Part shown: positions 30,281 through 42,925 of the stretch, one piece after another
How the letters are laid out: each line of letters starts with the position of its first letter
How positions within the stretch are numbered: the first letter of the stretch is position 1
Assembly: GCF_006345805.1 (NCBI RefSeq)
Contig: NC_043015.1
Span: 25,916,001 to 25,980,000 of the forward strand
Length of the DNA: 64,000 bases
Source: Octopus sinensis
Lineage: Eukaryota
Direction: 5' to 3'
Notes under the pieces: generated by a model
The model's database searches: none
The model's input: only the letters and a program-made list of their open reading frames with translations
What the model was told of the DNA's origin: nothing
Made by a program: the position numbers and the translations under genes

Positions 30281-32577
30281 GATTATTTGAGTATTTGACA
30301 AGTACTTAATACTAGTTCAAGAAGAATGAATTCTAAGTTCAACCTTGGTTCGGCTTCCACAGAGTCTTAGATGTCCTGCTTTTTACCGCTAGGTATTTTC
30401 TCCGAAGTTCTACTCATACCAATACATTTCATTTAATTACACTTGTTAAAGTGCCGACTATAATTATGTCTAACCTAGATAAATAACTAGAAATTTTACA
30501 ATAAAAAGAGAGAGATGATTCCATTGCAACCATCCACCCTTGAAATCATGAGAGAGAAAATTGAATTTAGTGGCAATTGAACCATGGGACACAAAGAACC
30601 TGGAAAATATGCCAGAGCGAAGAGACTTTGCCCGGGGCTCTGACAGTTCTTCCAATTAGAGCATAACTCTTTGTTTAATAGAACAATGCATTTTTATTTT
30701 ATGTTATTCTAAATACGAACAGCATTTATTATTGATCAAAAATACATGCAATCGGTCTAAATTTGATTTGTAAGTTATCTTTGAAGATGGAATAATTCAA
30801 TATTTTGGTCAGGAATTCCAGTTCCAGCAGAACAGCTGAAGGGATCATGAACTTATTGCTGGCTGCAACACCCAAAACGCCAACATTGATATAGAAATAA
30901 GTATGAATGTGTGTATATACGTGAGTTTTTGCCAGAGAGTGAGCTTGTATGGTGGCGAGTGTTTGTGTGTGTGCGCGCATCTGTATCTGCTTGCGCGTGA
31001 GTGTGCGCGTGTTTATGGGGCTTTTGCTTGTTTGTACATATTTATCCTTGTTCTTGTCTCTTTATGTTGAATTCACATCTGCGTTCCAATGTACGCACAC
31101 ACATAGATACACATACATGAATATAGTACTCGTACATGAATATAGTTTTAGCACGTACACATATATGGTATATATGTATTTATGCATATATGTATATATG
31201 TATGTGTGTATATATATGCATATATTTAACGATCTATGCATATGCATATACATAGCGTTCGTAATACATATTTTGAATATGGTTATCTATATTTTATATA
31301 TATGTACATAGTTGTAAAAGTTATATAATATACATATACGTAGAAGTGTGTGTGTGTGTGTCTGCGTGCGTGTGTGTATGTGTGTGCGTATCCAATTATG
31401 TCATGTATACTAGACACTCAACTATTGTCCCTCTTTTTTTTCATATGGATAAAAGTAACAACAACGAAAGTTAAAACCAAAATATTGGTTATGTCAGAAT
31501 TTTCAGTCAACGATACTTATGTTAAGTGTTCGTTCAGTAATTATAAATGAGATCGCTGTCTCTTAGAAGCCATATACTTATTCCCAAATTCTACCGTGAA
31601 TTCCAAATAGTGTTATCTACTTAAATATTCTGTTTCTAAAACGCCTGCTACTGATTTCAAGCGAAGTATTCTCAGAGAGTTTGAGTAGTTGAAAATCCTC
31701 TCTCCCGTCAAACAACTTTCAATTTCACCAAATAGAATTAGTTTCTTTTTGTAACAAGTAAGAAAATGTAGTGGTTTTTTAATGAAGGGAAGCTGTTATG
31801 GTAGCAGCATTTCCCAAGAGGAATTAGTATTGTTATTGATGAAGAGAAATCTGTGTTACAACTGATGTCGCCATTTTCGACTTGATTCGTCTTATTTGTA
31901 AATGCTTCCATGATGCAGGCGCCACGATCAAGTTCTGTTAGAAGTTTATTTCTAAGTGGGCCTTAGACGTATATTGTTGCCGTACAGTCGCACATAAAGC
32001 GAGATCTAACACATGGTCGATGATTAAAAGTTTATTTGCAACAGCCACTTTGTTACTTAAGCAATATCTATAATGACGCGATCCAATGTGTCCTTCCCTC
32101 GCCCATTCTTCTTAGGCGGTAGAGTGTACGCCAAGCGACATTTCGCTACTACTTCTTGCAACTGAAATATCTATGCAAAAGTACCAAGGCGGGCTTTGGA
32201 GGGTGTGTTTTCATGTAAGATGAAAACGTGGAGGTCCAAAATAAATGTTGTTCTGAAATATGTTATGGCGAAATGTGAAATTTAATTTTTTCAAACTTCT
32301 ATTTAAAGTATATTGCATCATTGGTACTTACATACATACATACATATTATTAGAGCCCTGGGATATGTAATACGCTGCCTAAATCGCCATCTTGAGAAAT
32401 TAGGTTTCTCAAAACCAGAAAAGAGAAAGCTAATTCGAAGACTACAGATCTAGTCCATCACCAGAACTGTAAAAATCTGTAAAACTTTCGGGAAGTCTAT
32501 CATTTAAATATATATGAGCATGTGTAGATATTTAACTATATGCATGAGAATACATACGTAAAGCATACAAATCTGCA

Positions 32578-32595
32578 CGTACATACATACATACA

Positions 32596-32627
<32 letters not shown>

Positions 32628-32705
32628 CATACATACATACATACATACGTACATACATACATACATACATACATACATACATACATACATACATACATAC
32701 ATACA
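32578..32705. repeat. (TACA)n microsatellite
   Basis: Direct reading of the sequence. Confidence 0.95.
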
Positions 32706-32834
32706 TGCATACAAAAATGCCCTGTTGTTGATGCACAAATTCCATTGAAGAAGCCTCGGATCTAGGTTAGAAACCATGTCTTTGTCTATTGGCAAGCAAT
32801 CTTGAAATAAACTAAGCAATCACATACATTTATA

Positions 32835-33040
32835 CGAGAGGGGGTGCTGAAAAGTTCCTGGCTTTGGGTAAAAAACTAAATTCGAGGACCAGTTAATTAT
32901 GATTTTCTCTCTCAGATTCACATACTTATTGCAGCGGTCTTTCAGCTTTTCTTAGTTCTGTAAAAGAGCTCAGAAGGTTGGGCCTCCAACCAGGGCTTTC
33001 GCAAAACACTTAAAGCCGGGAACTTTTCAGCTCCCCCTCG
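32835..33040. mobile_element. Mariner-type MITE (~206 bp)
   Basis: TIRs of ~29 bp, CGAG(AG)GGGGTGCTGAAAAGTTCCTGGCTTT ... AAAGCCGGGAACTTTTCAGCTCCCCCTCG, with TA on both sides (TA|CGAG start typical of mariner). Confidence 0.85.
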
Positions 33041-33290
33041 TACATACATACATACATAACAACATACATACATACATAATATACATGCATACATAACAAC
33101 ATACATACATAATATACATGCATACATAACAACATACATACATAATATACATGCATACATAACAACATACATACATAATATACATGCATACATAACAACA
33201 TACATACATAATATACATGCATACATAACATGCATCCATACATACTTACATAACATACATACATACATACATAATATACATACATAAATA
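33041..33290. repeat. 33-bp minisatellite built from (TACA)n, about 4-5 copies
   Basis: Unit AACAACATACATACATAATATACATGCATACAT; appears in the ORF track as MYACILCMYVV repeats. Confidence 0.9.
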
Positions 33291-34527
33291 AGGAATATAC
33301 TAACGGATCATTGACGAGTAGTTTGCAAATCCAGCATCTAAGACACACATTCATACCTCTTACTGTTCACGTTCATAATCCCTATTGTTGGAGCGAAAGG
33401 TGACATACCTCACCACCTGGATGAATGCATAACTGAAGTTGGATTTGTGGAGATAGAACGAAGTTCCTGAATTCATGAGATACGTGATATCTGTAATTTT
33501 CAAGATTTGTAAAGCGTTCAAAGAATGAACATTTGCACAAGATACGATGATAATTTCCGTTTCTTTACAAGCTAGCCTTTGGTAATGTTGAAAATAAACT
33601 AAAGTTTAAGAGAAAGCATGTCTCAGTGTGTGCGTATAAAATATAGAAATACACACACGCATACACCCACACATATCTATAATACATTAAAGGTCAGTTT
33701 GAACCTTGCTTGCTTGCAATGTTACCCAGCCAAACTAGCGCATAATGGGTAAAATACAAAGAATTAAGTTGGCCCTGAAATATTAATACGACCGGAATAA
33801 AACACGTTTCGCGTGTATCGGACAAGTGGTTTTTTTAGATATAGAGGCATAAATACCCAAAACGGTGCATAATGGGAAAATATTCCGAAAATAACTAAAT
33901 TCTCAAAGGGAAGAAACTCTTACCTTTCGATTAGAAACAGTGACTTGACAACGAAAAGATACGATTTGCTTTTTACAGTAAATGTTCCTATTTTCGCTTT
34001 TGTTAAACACAGTATCTTAATCGTTTAGAAATATTTTTACGTGATTTTGATTTCAAAAATGTAAGTTGTTTGTACAGTATGTACTTATGTTTTAACCTTC
34101 TTTAAAATCATTTTCAAGTGAATACAATAACGAAACTTTGGGGTGGGAGGAATATTTAAAAAACATTTTAAAGTGAAAATAACTTTAAAATACGGTAAAT
34201 ATTTCGTAAAAGACCCGTTCGTAGCCTCAATGAGAAATAATTTTGTTCCATATGTTTTTTTCGAGTGTATTGAACGTATATCACCTCCAAAGATTTTGCT
34301 GTTATTTCTAACACGTATCAGCTATTTGCGGTAAAGGACCCGAAATACCTGTTATGTGGTAGCAGGGCGTGCAAGAAATAGCAATCAAATATTTCCTTTT
34401 CTGGGAAAAGAAGCTGTTTACGCGTGATTTCGATGTTATATTCGTTGAAAGAATGCGAAATAACTCGGAAAAGAAAAGAAAAACCCACGAAACAAAACTT
34501 CATTGCTAGGAAATTCAGACTTTCTCG

Positions 34528-34550
34528 GTGACCCAATGGGTCACAGGTAG
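34528..34550 (+). mobile_element. Possible Helitron-like 3' terminus
   Basis: Perfect hairpin GTGACCC-AAT-GGGTCAC followed by AGGTAGT (CTAG-like, imperfect). The 5' end was not located. Confidence 0.3.
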
Positions 34551-36018
34551 TTTAGTATAGTTTAGTATTGTATAATATAGTATAGTATAGTATATATATA
34601 GCGAAATGATAGCGCTAAGTTCTATTTAGGTAAAATATGTGAAAACAACCGGTTTGTTCAGTGTCCTCGAGTTTAATTATTCTTGTCATCGGGTTGTACT
34701 TATGAGAGACAACTCTGAACAAACTTATAAAGCAATAACTTTAAGTAAACTTCAATCAACAGGTTGACTGACTTGCGTTGGTATATCGCCCAGACGAGGA
34801 AAATAACGAAGCGTTAGCACCAAGCACTGTTTAGGTATAAGTATAGTTTAAGTTTGTGTTATATTTCAACTGCTAAAAGGGAAATACTCTGTAGTTACCA
34901 TGGGGAAAATATCTCTCTTACGATAAAAGGTGTCAAAAAACGTGCTTTGTTCAGTATCACCATCTATCAGGAACCCAAGGCATTAGTGTTTCAAGTTTAT
35001 TGACTCTTGTCAATGGGATGCATCTAGGAGAGGCAAGTCTAAACACAGCAAATGCTTTATAAGTTTGTTTTCGCACGTTTTACCACAGGAGAGATAGTTT
35101 CTCCACAATAACTGCAGTGTATTTACCTTTTAGCAGTTGAAATATGATGCAAGTGTTACCCAAACGACTGAATAAAATAATTGACAATATTTGTGCAAAT
35201 CTATTTGTAAATAGCTCCAAATCACTACATTTCACGTTCTTCTTGTCTTCTCAGCTGAAAATGCGCAGCAGTGCTATGCTGATACATACCACATAGCTTC
35301 CTCCGTCTTTCATATCCACGACGTTGGCTGGGTCAAAGACAGAAGGGTAGTACCTCTATCTGTTCGCGACTATTAAAGAACCTAAAACTTATTAGGGAAA
35401 AATAGTCATGTTACATGCTCGCATGTCATATTCACGTCTATGTTTATATGTGTATCAAGATTTGATTAATTGCCAGGAAACAATCACAGAAATTAATCAT
35501 AAGTACATATGTAAACGTGTGTTGCTTTTTCTTTTTTGTTATATATATAATATCAGACACCATCCGTACATCAATGATTTGAATAATCGGCTACGTGAAA
35601 CTGGGAGTTAGAAATAAAGTAAGTCTGGCTTATAATGATATATTTATACTTTCGAGTGAAAAGTCAAATGTGAAAGCAAAGCATGAATTGTTAGCGGGTG
35701 GTAAAACAGAATATTTACTGAGAGGTCGCGGCTAATACGACTGTTTGGTGTGGCGGCTGCAAAGACGACAGAAAAACACGCAACCGTGTGCGTTAACAGT
35801 ATCCAGACTCTGTTTAGTTTCAATTCTACTTGAGTACAGTAAAAGAAGTGATATAATAGGAAGATGCTGGAATCATTGTAAACTCCAGTCAACAACAAAT
35901 AATAAAGTGATGATATATACAATTGGATACCATTGACACACATACTTACATATTTACTAACACATACACATTACATGTATGTGTAAATGTTTGTATACGC
36001 GATATATAAGTATGTATG

Positions 36019-36062
<44 letters not shown>

Positions 36063-36231
36063 GACATACATATCTAGTTATCTATTTATCAATAGCTATC
36101 TATTAATATATATATATATAGTGTATATATATATATATACAAACACACATACATATACATATATATACATGCACGCGTATATATAAATACATACATATAT
36201 AAATATGCATAAATTGTGCATACATATATAT

Positions 36232-36274
36232 ATTCACTAGAATTGCTGACTTATGTAACTGTGATTATTAAAAG

Positions 36275-36315
<41 letters not shown>

Positions 36316-36848
36316 AAGAGCAATAAAGATTCAAGTTAATTTAAATGAATTTACTTGAATATGGTACCTAACTTAGATGCACCAAAAAAAACTATACTGA
36401 TTTAACAATACAGTAATGTGGGGTGATTATAAGCGAGAAAGAAGCAACAAGAATGGATAGGTTTTTAGTACGATCGTTTCATACAAGGACAGGTTTTATT
36501 AAAAGTTGCAAAGATTACAGCATATAAACGAGTCCCGTACTCATCAGCTAAAATACACTTTAATGAACTTTAGAAACCTGTTTATGTTAATTAATTATCT
36601 ACATTACTTCATGAGTATAGCCTCAAACACTAGGATGTCTAGAGAACTCACATGTATTTTAGCTGATGAGTACGGGACTCGTTTATATGCTGTAATCTTT
36701 GCAACTTTTAATAAAACCTGTCCTTGTATGAAACGATCGTACTAAAAACCTATCCATTCTTGTTGCTTCTTTCTCGCTTATATATATATATATATATATA
36801 TGATGCTTTTAATAATCACAGTTACATAGGTCAGCAATTCTGGTGAAT
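36232..36848. repeat. Compound inverted duplication A-(TA)n-X-B-Y-B'-(TA)n-A'
   Basis: B 36428-36557 and B' 36653-36782 are 130-bp reverse complements with no mismatch seen. A 36232-36280 and A' 36800-36848 are 49-bp reverse complements with 2 mismatches. Confidence 0.95.
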
Positions 36849-37354
36849 GCGCTCCCCTCAGATTGTCCAAATTTCTCACTGAGTGCCTCACATTGTCAAA
36901 GTCTATTATTCTGCACTCTCATATCCACTGCGGCTGTTATATATTTAACCGTTGAAGTAGAACTAAAAGTGTTGAAGTGGAATTTGGTAAATTGGTTAAT
37001 GAAAGCTCGTCCACTTCTCCATTTTAATTTTATCATTACTCAAAGAGCAAAGAGGGTCTCTGGAATTCTGTTGGTTATATATGCACGTGGATAAACACTT
37101 ATGCACACGCATATATAAAATAAGGATGTATATGTGTGTCTTTATGTTCATATGTACATATGAACGCTTACGCTGATGTCAATGAGTTGGCGATGGAGCT
37201 GTACTCAATACCTGGGTGTAGCGTATCATACCGTTGTGACGTAAGCCGAGTCATCACTTAGGGGAACCCAACGCTTCTCCCCGGGTGTGAATAAATCCTA
37301 TTTCTTCCAGAGAGAAGGGTCAGGAAAGGAGAAAAAATAAGAGGCGGAGGAGAT

Positions 37355-37447
37355 GAGAAGAAGAAGAAGAAGAAGAAGAAGAAGAAGAAGAAGAAGAAGA
37401 AGAAGAAGAAGGAGAAGAAGGAGAAGAAGAAGAAGAAGAAGAAGAAG
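37355..37447. repeat. (GAA)n microsatellite
   Basis: Direct reading of the sequence. Confidence 0.95.
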
Positions 37448-38411
37448 AGTATTTATATTAGAAGAGTTCTACGTTATAAACCAGTTGCTTGTGTAAAAGC
37501 GCAGAACAAAACTACCAAAATATATTGTAATAAAAATAAGCGAAACGAAGATTAAAAAACGAGCGTTTAACTCATACGTCTCACCTGACCCCCTTCAGTT
37601 ATTCGTCTTGCAACACTTCTATAATTATAAGGAAATATCTAAACATAATTGTCTATTAATAGCGTTCAATCTTTTAGTAATTTTAAGAGGACCTGAAGTA
37701 AAATGAAATACCTATGGATACGAATCAATCGTAAATTTCTGTCGCTTTCATATATTGTAGTTTAACACTTAGTTAAACGTTACCGAGTTTAGCGCTTGGT
37801 TAAAACGTTATTCAGTAAACGTCCTGCTGTGACCATCCCATCTTATGATTTTATTGCAGGTATGTTGCACTCTGGGACACATTATGCAATGCACCTTTTC
37901 TTAAGATATTACGGCTGCGTGATATTAAGGAGACTTCTCTGCCTGGCTGTTTGCTTCTTCTATCAGTTGAAGCCAGAGTCGGGTAACGGAGTCGGGTAAC
38001 ATAACCTCGTGAAACATTCACTAAATAATCTTGCAAGGTATGCTGTTTTCTGGTCCCAACTTCTACACAGCACAGAAGTTAAATATTCAATACTCGATAT
38101 TTTATTGCTCTCGGTGATAACCTCCGTCTTGGAGACGGTACTTATTTTTCTTCTTTCGTTGATAAAGTTACAAGAGACACAACAATTTCCAATATATTTC
38201 TGTTCTAATGCTTTTTTCATGTTATTTTATTTTCTATTTGGGCATTTTAGTGTTTACATCTCAGTAAATCTATTAAGCATGATATAATACTAAAAGGTGC
38301 TGCCTATAACTCGTGTTTTTTATCTCCAAGAAATCTTAATTCAATTTATCATTGAAATATATTCACAATTATAAGTTAATTGTAAAAAAAATACATTTTG
38401 TTATGTATTAA

Positions 38412-38470
<59 letters not shown>

Positions 38471-38480
38471 CATATATATA

Positions 38481-38516
<36 letters not shown>

Positions 38517-38745
38517 ATAGACATTATTGTTGTCGCTACTGATGTTTTCAACCTGTAAAATAATTTCAGTCGTTATCGTAGTTGGAATTATCAAAAGAAA
38601 TAATATTCATTTAAAATTAAGAAATAAAAAGTTCTTTACACGTTTTGCTATGATACCGATGTAATTTTTATGTGACACGCACAAAATGGTTGTTTTATGA
38701 GGCAGTAGATGCTTTAGCTGCAGATAGTAATAGTAAATAATAATC

Positions 38746-38778
<33 letters not shown>

Positions 38779-39025
38779 GTATATAATAGAATTTCTTTAA
38801 AAACTTCTAGCACACGTTCTTTTTATTGTTGTTGTGGGGAAAACAACAACAGCAAAATAGAAATAAAATAAACGAGCTCCTTCGAGAGAATTTACTATGG
38901 CCAAAAGTACGTGTTCCTTCTTTCGTCTTCCAGTCACAAAAATTTATGATATTCGTGTAATAAATTGCAATTTATTGTTCTATAAATTTTTGTAAAACAA
39001 CAAAGACAACAACAATAACAATCAC

Positions 39026-39092
39026 ATGAATAATGATAATGATAATAATAATAATGACGATAACAACAACATAATAATGATACTGATGTTTA

Positions 39093-39155
<63 letters not shown>

Positions 39156-39216
39156 CATTTGCAGTAGTAGCAGTAGTAGTAGTAGTAAGAGTAGTAGTAG
39201 TAGTAGTAGTAGTAGT

Positions 39217-39257
<41 letters not shown>

Positions 39258-39310
39258 TGGTGGTGGTGGTGGTGGTGTTTGCAGTTGTGGTGGTGGTTGC
39301 GGCATTAGTG
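39026..39310. repeat. Compound triplet tract (AAT/TAT/TAG/CAG/GTG)
   Basis: Successive triplet runs, mostly related by single-base changes. Confidence 0.92.
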
Positions 39311-39493
39311 GTGGCGTTAGAGGTAGTGTTTTCCTTTTGCTGGGAAGAATAAATTGTTCAGATAATACCATTTGCGAAAGAACATGTCGACAGACGAATT
39401 CGATGGTTTATTATAAAATATATCTAGTATGTACAATATCATATATAAATATGTGCGTATGTGTGTGTGCGTGCATATATATATATATGCATA

Positions 39494-39527
<34 letters not shown>

Positions 39528-39824
39528 AATATATATATATATATGTATAGATATGTATATGTATGTATATACATATATAAATATATATATATACGAAGAG
39601 AGAGGGGGTAAATAGAGAGGAATAAATAAAAGAACGTATACGTCATAAAAGTTGTGCATTAAATATTTAAATGCTTACATGTGAAAAAATATGTTACCAA
39701 TCATATGGATGACGAATTTGACAGTGAGAGTGGTGATGAAAATGGAGTCGATACTGCTGCTGAGGAGGAGGACAACGACGATAATGATGAATATGGCTAT
39801 ATAAACATACGCTGGTATATATAT

Positions 39825-39872
<48 letters not shown>

Positions 39873-39944
39873 GTATCTTTATCGATAAATATCTTTAACA
39901 GGAATATTAATGTTCCAGTGATCAATCAGTATTAAAGAGGAATT

Positions 39945-40366
39945 TATTCTTCTTCTTCCTTTTCTTCTCTTCTACTTCTTCTTTTTCTTCTGCTTCTTAT
40001 CCTCTTCCTCCTTTTTCTTCTTCTTCTTTTTCTTCTCTTCTTCTTCTTCTTCTTCTTCTTCTTCCTTTTCTTCTCTTCTACTTCTTCTTTTTCTTCTGCT
40101 TCTTATCCTCTTCCTCCTTTTTCTTCTTCTTCTTCTTTTTCTTCTTCTTCTTCTTCTTCTTCTTCTTCCTTTTCTTCTCTTCTACTTCTTCTTTGTCTTC
40201 TGCTTCTTATCCTCTTCCTCCTTTTTCTTGTCATGTTTTTCCTTACCTTTTCCTTCTCCTTCTTCAACACAAAGATGAAGAGAGGTAGATACATGCAGAA
40301 ATGGACAGAAAAAGAAAGAACGATAGAAAGAAAGATGGAAAGAAAGAAAGAAAGAAAGAAAGTTAT

Positions 40367-40440
<74 letters not shown>
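39945..40440. repeat. (CTT)-rich tract with internal duplications, then (GAAA)n and (GATA)n
   Basis: TTTTCTTCTCTTCTACTTCTTCTTT recurs three times; (GATA)n at ~40367-40440. Confidence 0.9.
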
Positions 40441-40442
<2 letters not shown>

Positions 40443-41814
40443 GATCGTTATACTATTTCAAATGCTCTCTATACAAAAGTAAATATTCAATTAGATATTC
40501 GGTTATTAAATCGCCAGTTGATTAGCGAACGCGCAGAATCGAAGTTACAGTTCCTCTCCCACCCCTTTTCTTTCTATTTCCCTATTTTCTTAACATCAGA
40601 TAATATCGTTTCTTGACTTATGACTTACTTTCTTTTTATTTTTCTTTCCTTTAATATTTCATCGTAGCTTCAGAAATGTTATCTTTTGCAATCTGTAGAT
40701 GTGAAAGTATTCGATATTGATAACATTAAGCAGCCTTTTGATAAATCAAAAATCAAATGTTAGCCATTATAATAAATATTACAATAAAAATAATAACAAC
40801 AAATAATTATGATTATTAATAAGAATATGATTATTTAAAATATTAATTAATAAGACGAAAGGTCATTGAGTTTGATTTATCATCTTGCGTATTCGTCACT
40901 TCTTTCCGTGTTTTAGTGACGTATGAGACGGACGTTATTTCAGTCACTGTTTTAGAAGCCATCGGCTAAATATCGTTTTACCAAGAGCAATTTTTACCAG
41001 TTTTTCCACAGTTCAGCTCAAGCCAGGAATATTAAAGACTAATTACAAATTCGTGACGTTATAACGAAAATAGATTAGGATAATTCTTTTTCCGAATTAT
41101 GGTATACGACGCTCTTTAAACAGAGCAACGGCTAAAACAGCGAAACCAATGAGGATCGTGAATTTGTGACATTTTCAACTCTTCTTTCTTGAATGAATAA
41201 TAAAACATTATCATAATCATGCAGTGAACACTTAATATTATTTTAATCTTTCCAGAAGCTGATGGAAACAATTTCAGAAACGTTTCGGTCTAATTAGAGC
41301 TTATATAAAGATATGGAGAGAGAGAGAGCAACAAAAATCAATCGATAAACTGCTGATTTCACAATATTCATAAGGAAGTAAGACAGGAAGAATTAAATAA
41401 TTGAGTAAGCTAGTTATCAGGTAAATGTTTCAAGGGAAAAACTTCTCTGTATTTCCTAACATATGAATACTGTTAACCCTACGAAACAGTCACAACAGCA
41501 ATAACTGTCACTCTATTCCATTTTGCTTCTACCGGAAGATTAACAGCTCTACGCGCCCATAGAAGTCTCATCAGTCAGAAACCACGTGCTGACTTGCACC
41601 ATCTGACAAACATCCTCGTGCAATAAAATCGATTATTTTCTCTAAACTTTTAATATTTCACTTCGAAAGTATCAATGTTTGTTCCTTTTTGTATGGACAA
41701 ATACACTAAAGTTGATTAATTATTTTTTCTTATTTTTCACTTAATTGCATATAGTTTGTGGGTTTCATGGTAATTTTGTTGACTAATTCAAATAGAGACA
41801 AACTCTCATTTCAG

Positions 41815-41871
41815 ATGATGTCTTTGAAAGTGTTTTGTCAAATTTATTTCTTGCTTCTAGCCAGAGTATCT
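41815..41871 (+). CDS. Candidate 57-nt coding exon (MMSLKVFCQIYFLLLARVS, signal-peptide-like; alternative open frame DDVFESVLSNLFLASSQSI)
   Basis: Acceptor CTCTCATTTCAG| directly before ATG and donor TCT|GTAAGC. No homology recognised. Confidence 0.3.
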
Positions 41872-42089
41872 GTAAGCTTAAATCTTCTATGGATTATGTG
41901 GATATGTTGCCTGTGAAAGTATGGAGACACATGTTGTTAGCTCAATATATGTTCTCGTTTCTTAACAATTTTGGTGCGTTTACGGACACCTTAATATGCA
42001 ACTATGCTACGATTGATTGCACGCATTATAATGCCATTAGTTGTACCAACTTCAATCACACAAATGTCCACAGATGTATGGCCAGGCCC

Positions 42090-42101
42090 TGACGTCACGT
42101 G
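42090..42101. promoter_or_regulatory. Overlapping perfect CRE (TGACGTCA) and E-box (CACGTG)
   Basis: Sequence TGACGTCACGTG. Function is not shown. Confidence 0.3.
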
Positions 42102-42199
42102 GACCAGTCAATTTACCTAAGAGTTAAATTGATCCTTTGATTTAAAAATAAACTTGAAAGAACCGGAGACGAGGAGAATAAACTGCAAATAACCGGCAG

Positions 42200-42286
42200 A
42201 GGTCAACGGGAAAACAATGCCAGAAACTGAAAGAATCCTGTCGTGTGTATATATATATATATATATGTTTGTGTGTTTGTGTATGC

Positions 42287-42374
<88 letters not shown>

Positions 42375-42925
42375 ATTTAGGAATGGTCATTTTGCCAGTT
42401 TAGCCAATAATATATATATATTTCCCGTGGCTGCACCGGCGTGATGGTGTATATAGACTCTCAAATGCCGTCTGTTAAACCACCTCAGCGTTATGGATAT
42501 GCGAGGTAACTCACCCCTTAATCCTGTTTGGGAGTGATGGACACCGATGTTTCTCCATTATTGTGGCTTCTCAACATCACTCTTGAAGGGGATTGAGGGT
42601 GAGTTATCTCGCCTGTGCATTATTTTCAGCTGCTTTAATACCTGCCATTAATACTCCACCACGCCATTGTAGCCACTCGAAAATATACGAGGCACATACA
42701 TCAGGTATATATTGTTAATAATCTGTGTGTGTGTATGTGTGTGTGTGTCTATCCTTCTCCCGTACCAGCTGGTATTGGTGTGTTTACGTCCCTGTAACCT
42801 AGCGGTTCAGCAATAACGATAGCTAAGCTTAGTAGCAGCCTTTAAATAAAGTACTGGAGTCGATTCATTCGACTAAAATTTCTCCAACGTGGTACCCCAG
42901 CATAGCCGCAGTCTAACAGAAAAGA
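42200..42925 (+). mobile_element. SINE family B copy, interrupted within its internal microsatellite
   Basis: AAACTGAAAGAA.CC.GTCG before the TA tract; GGTGTGTTTACGTCCC.GTAAC.TAGCGGTTC.GCAA...AGTACTGG.GTCGAT..CCCCAGCAT.GCCGCAGTC after it. Matches copies at 44105 and 55985. Confidence 0.7.
42421..42683. mobile_element. Diverged foldback MITE (~260 bp), TA-flanked
   Basis: Outer IR TTTC..GTGGCT.CA..GGCGTG.TGG.GTAT and inner IR GCGAG.TAACTCACCCT.AATCC are each present on both arms. Confidence 0.65.

Noticed and set aside
31550-32200. Possible old transposase-like coding sequence
   Set aside because: The minus-strand frames I translated contain multiple stops and no motif could be assigned.
32715-32805. 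Minus-strand exon candidate DCLPIDKDMVSNLDPRLLQWNLCINNRAF
   Set aside because: Weak AAG acceptor, donor only at a microsatellite edge, no recognisable homology.
35290-35360. Minus-strand exon candidate RYYPSVFDPANVVDMKDGGSYV|GTATGT
   Set aside because: Donor is plausible but no good in-frame acceptor; resemblance to doublecortin-like motifs is too short.
36663-36690. CTGATGAG-TACGGGA-CTC hammerhead-like start (mirrored in the left arm)
   Set aside because: Followed by GTTT rather than the required GAAA; no stem I or III.
41259-41290. CTGATG-GAAACAATTTC-AGAAACGTT hammerhead-like string
   Set aside because: Lacks A9, has an extra A before GAAA, and stem I does not pair. The minus-strand reading also lacks the CUGANGA box.
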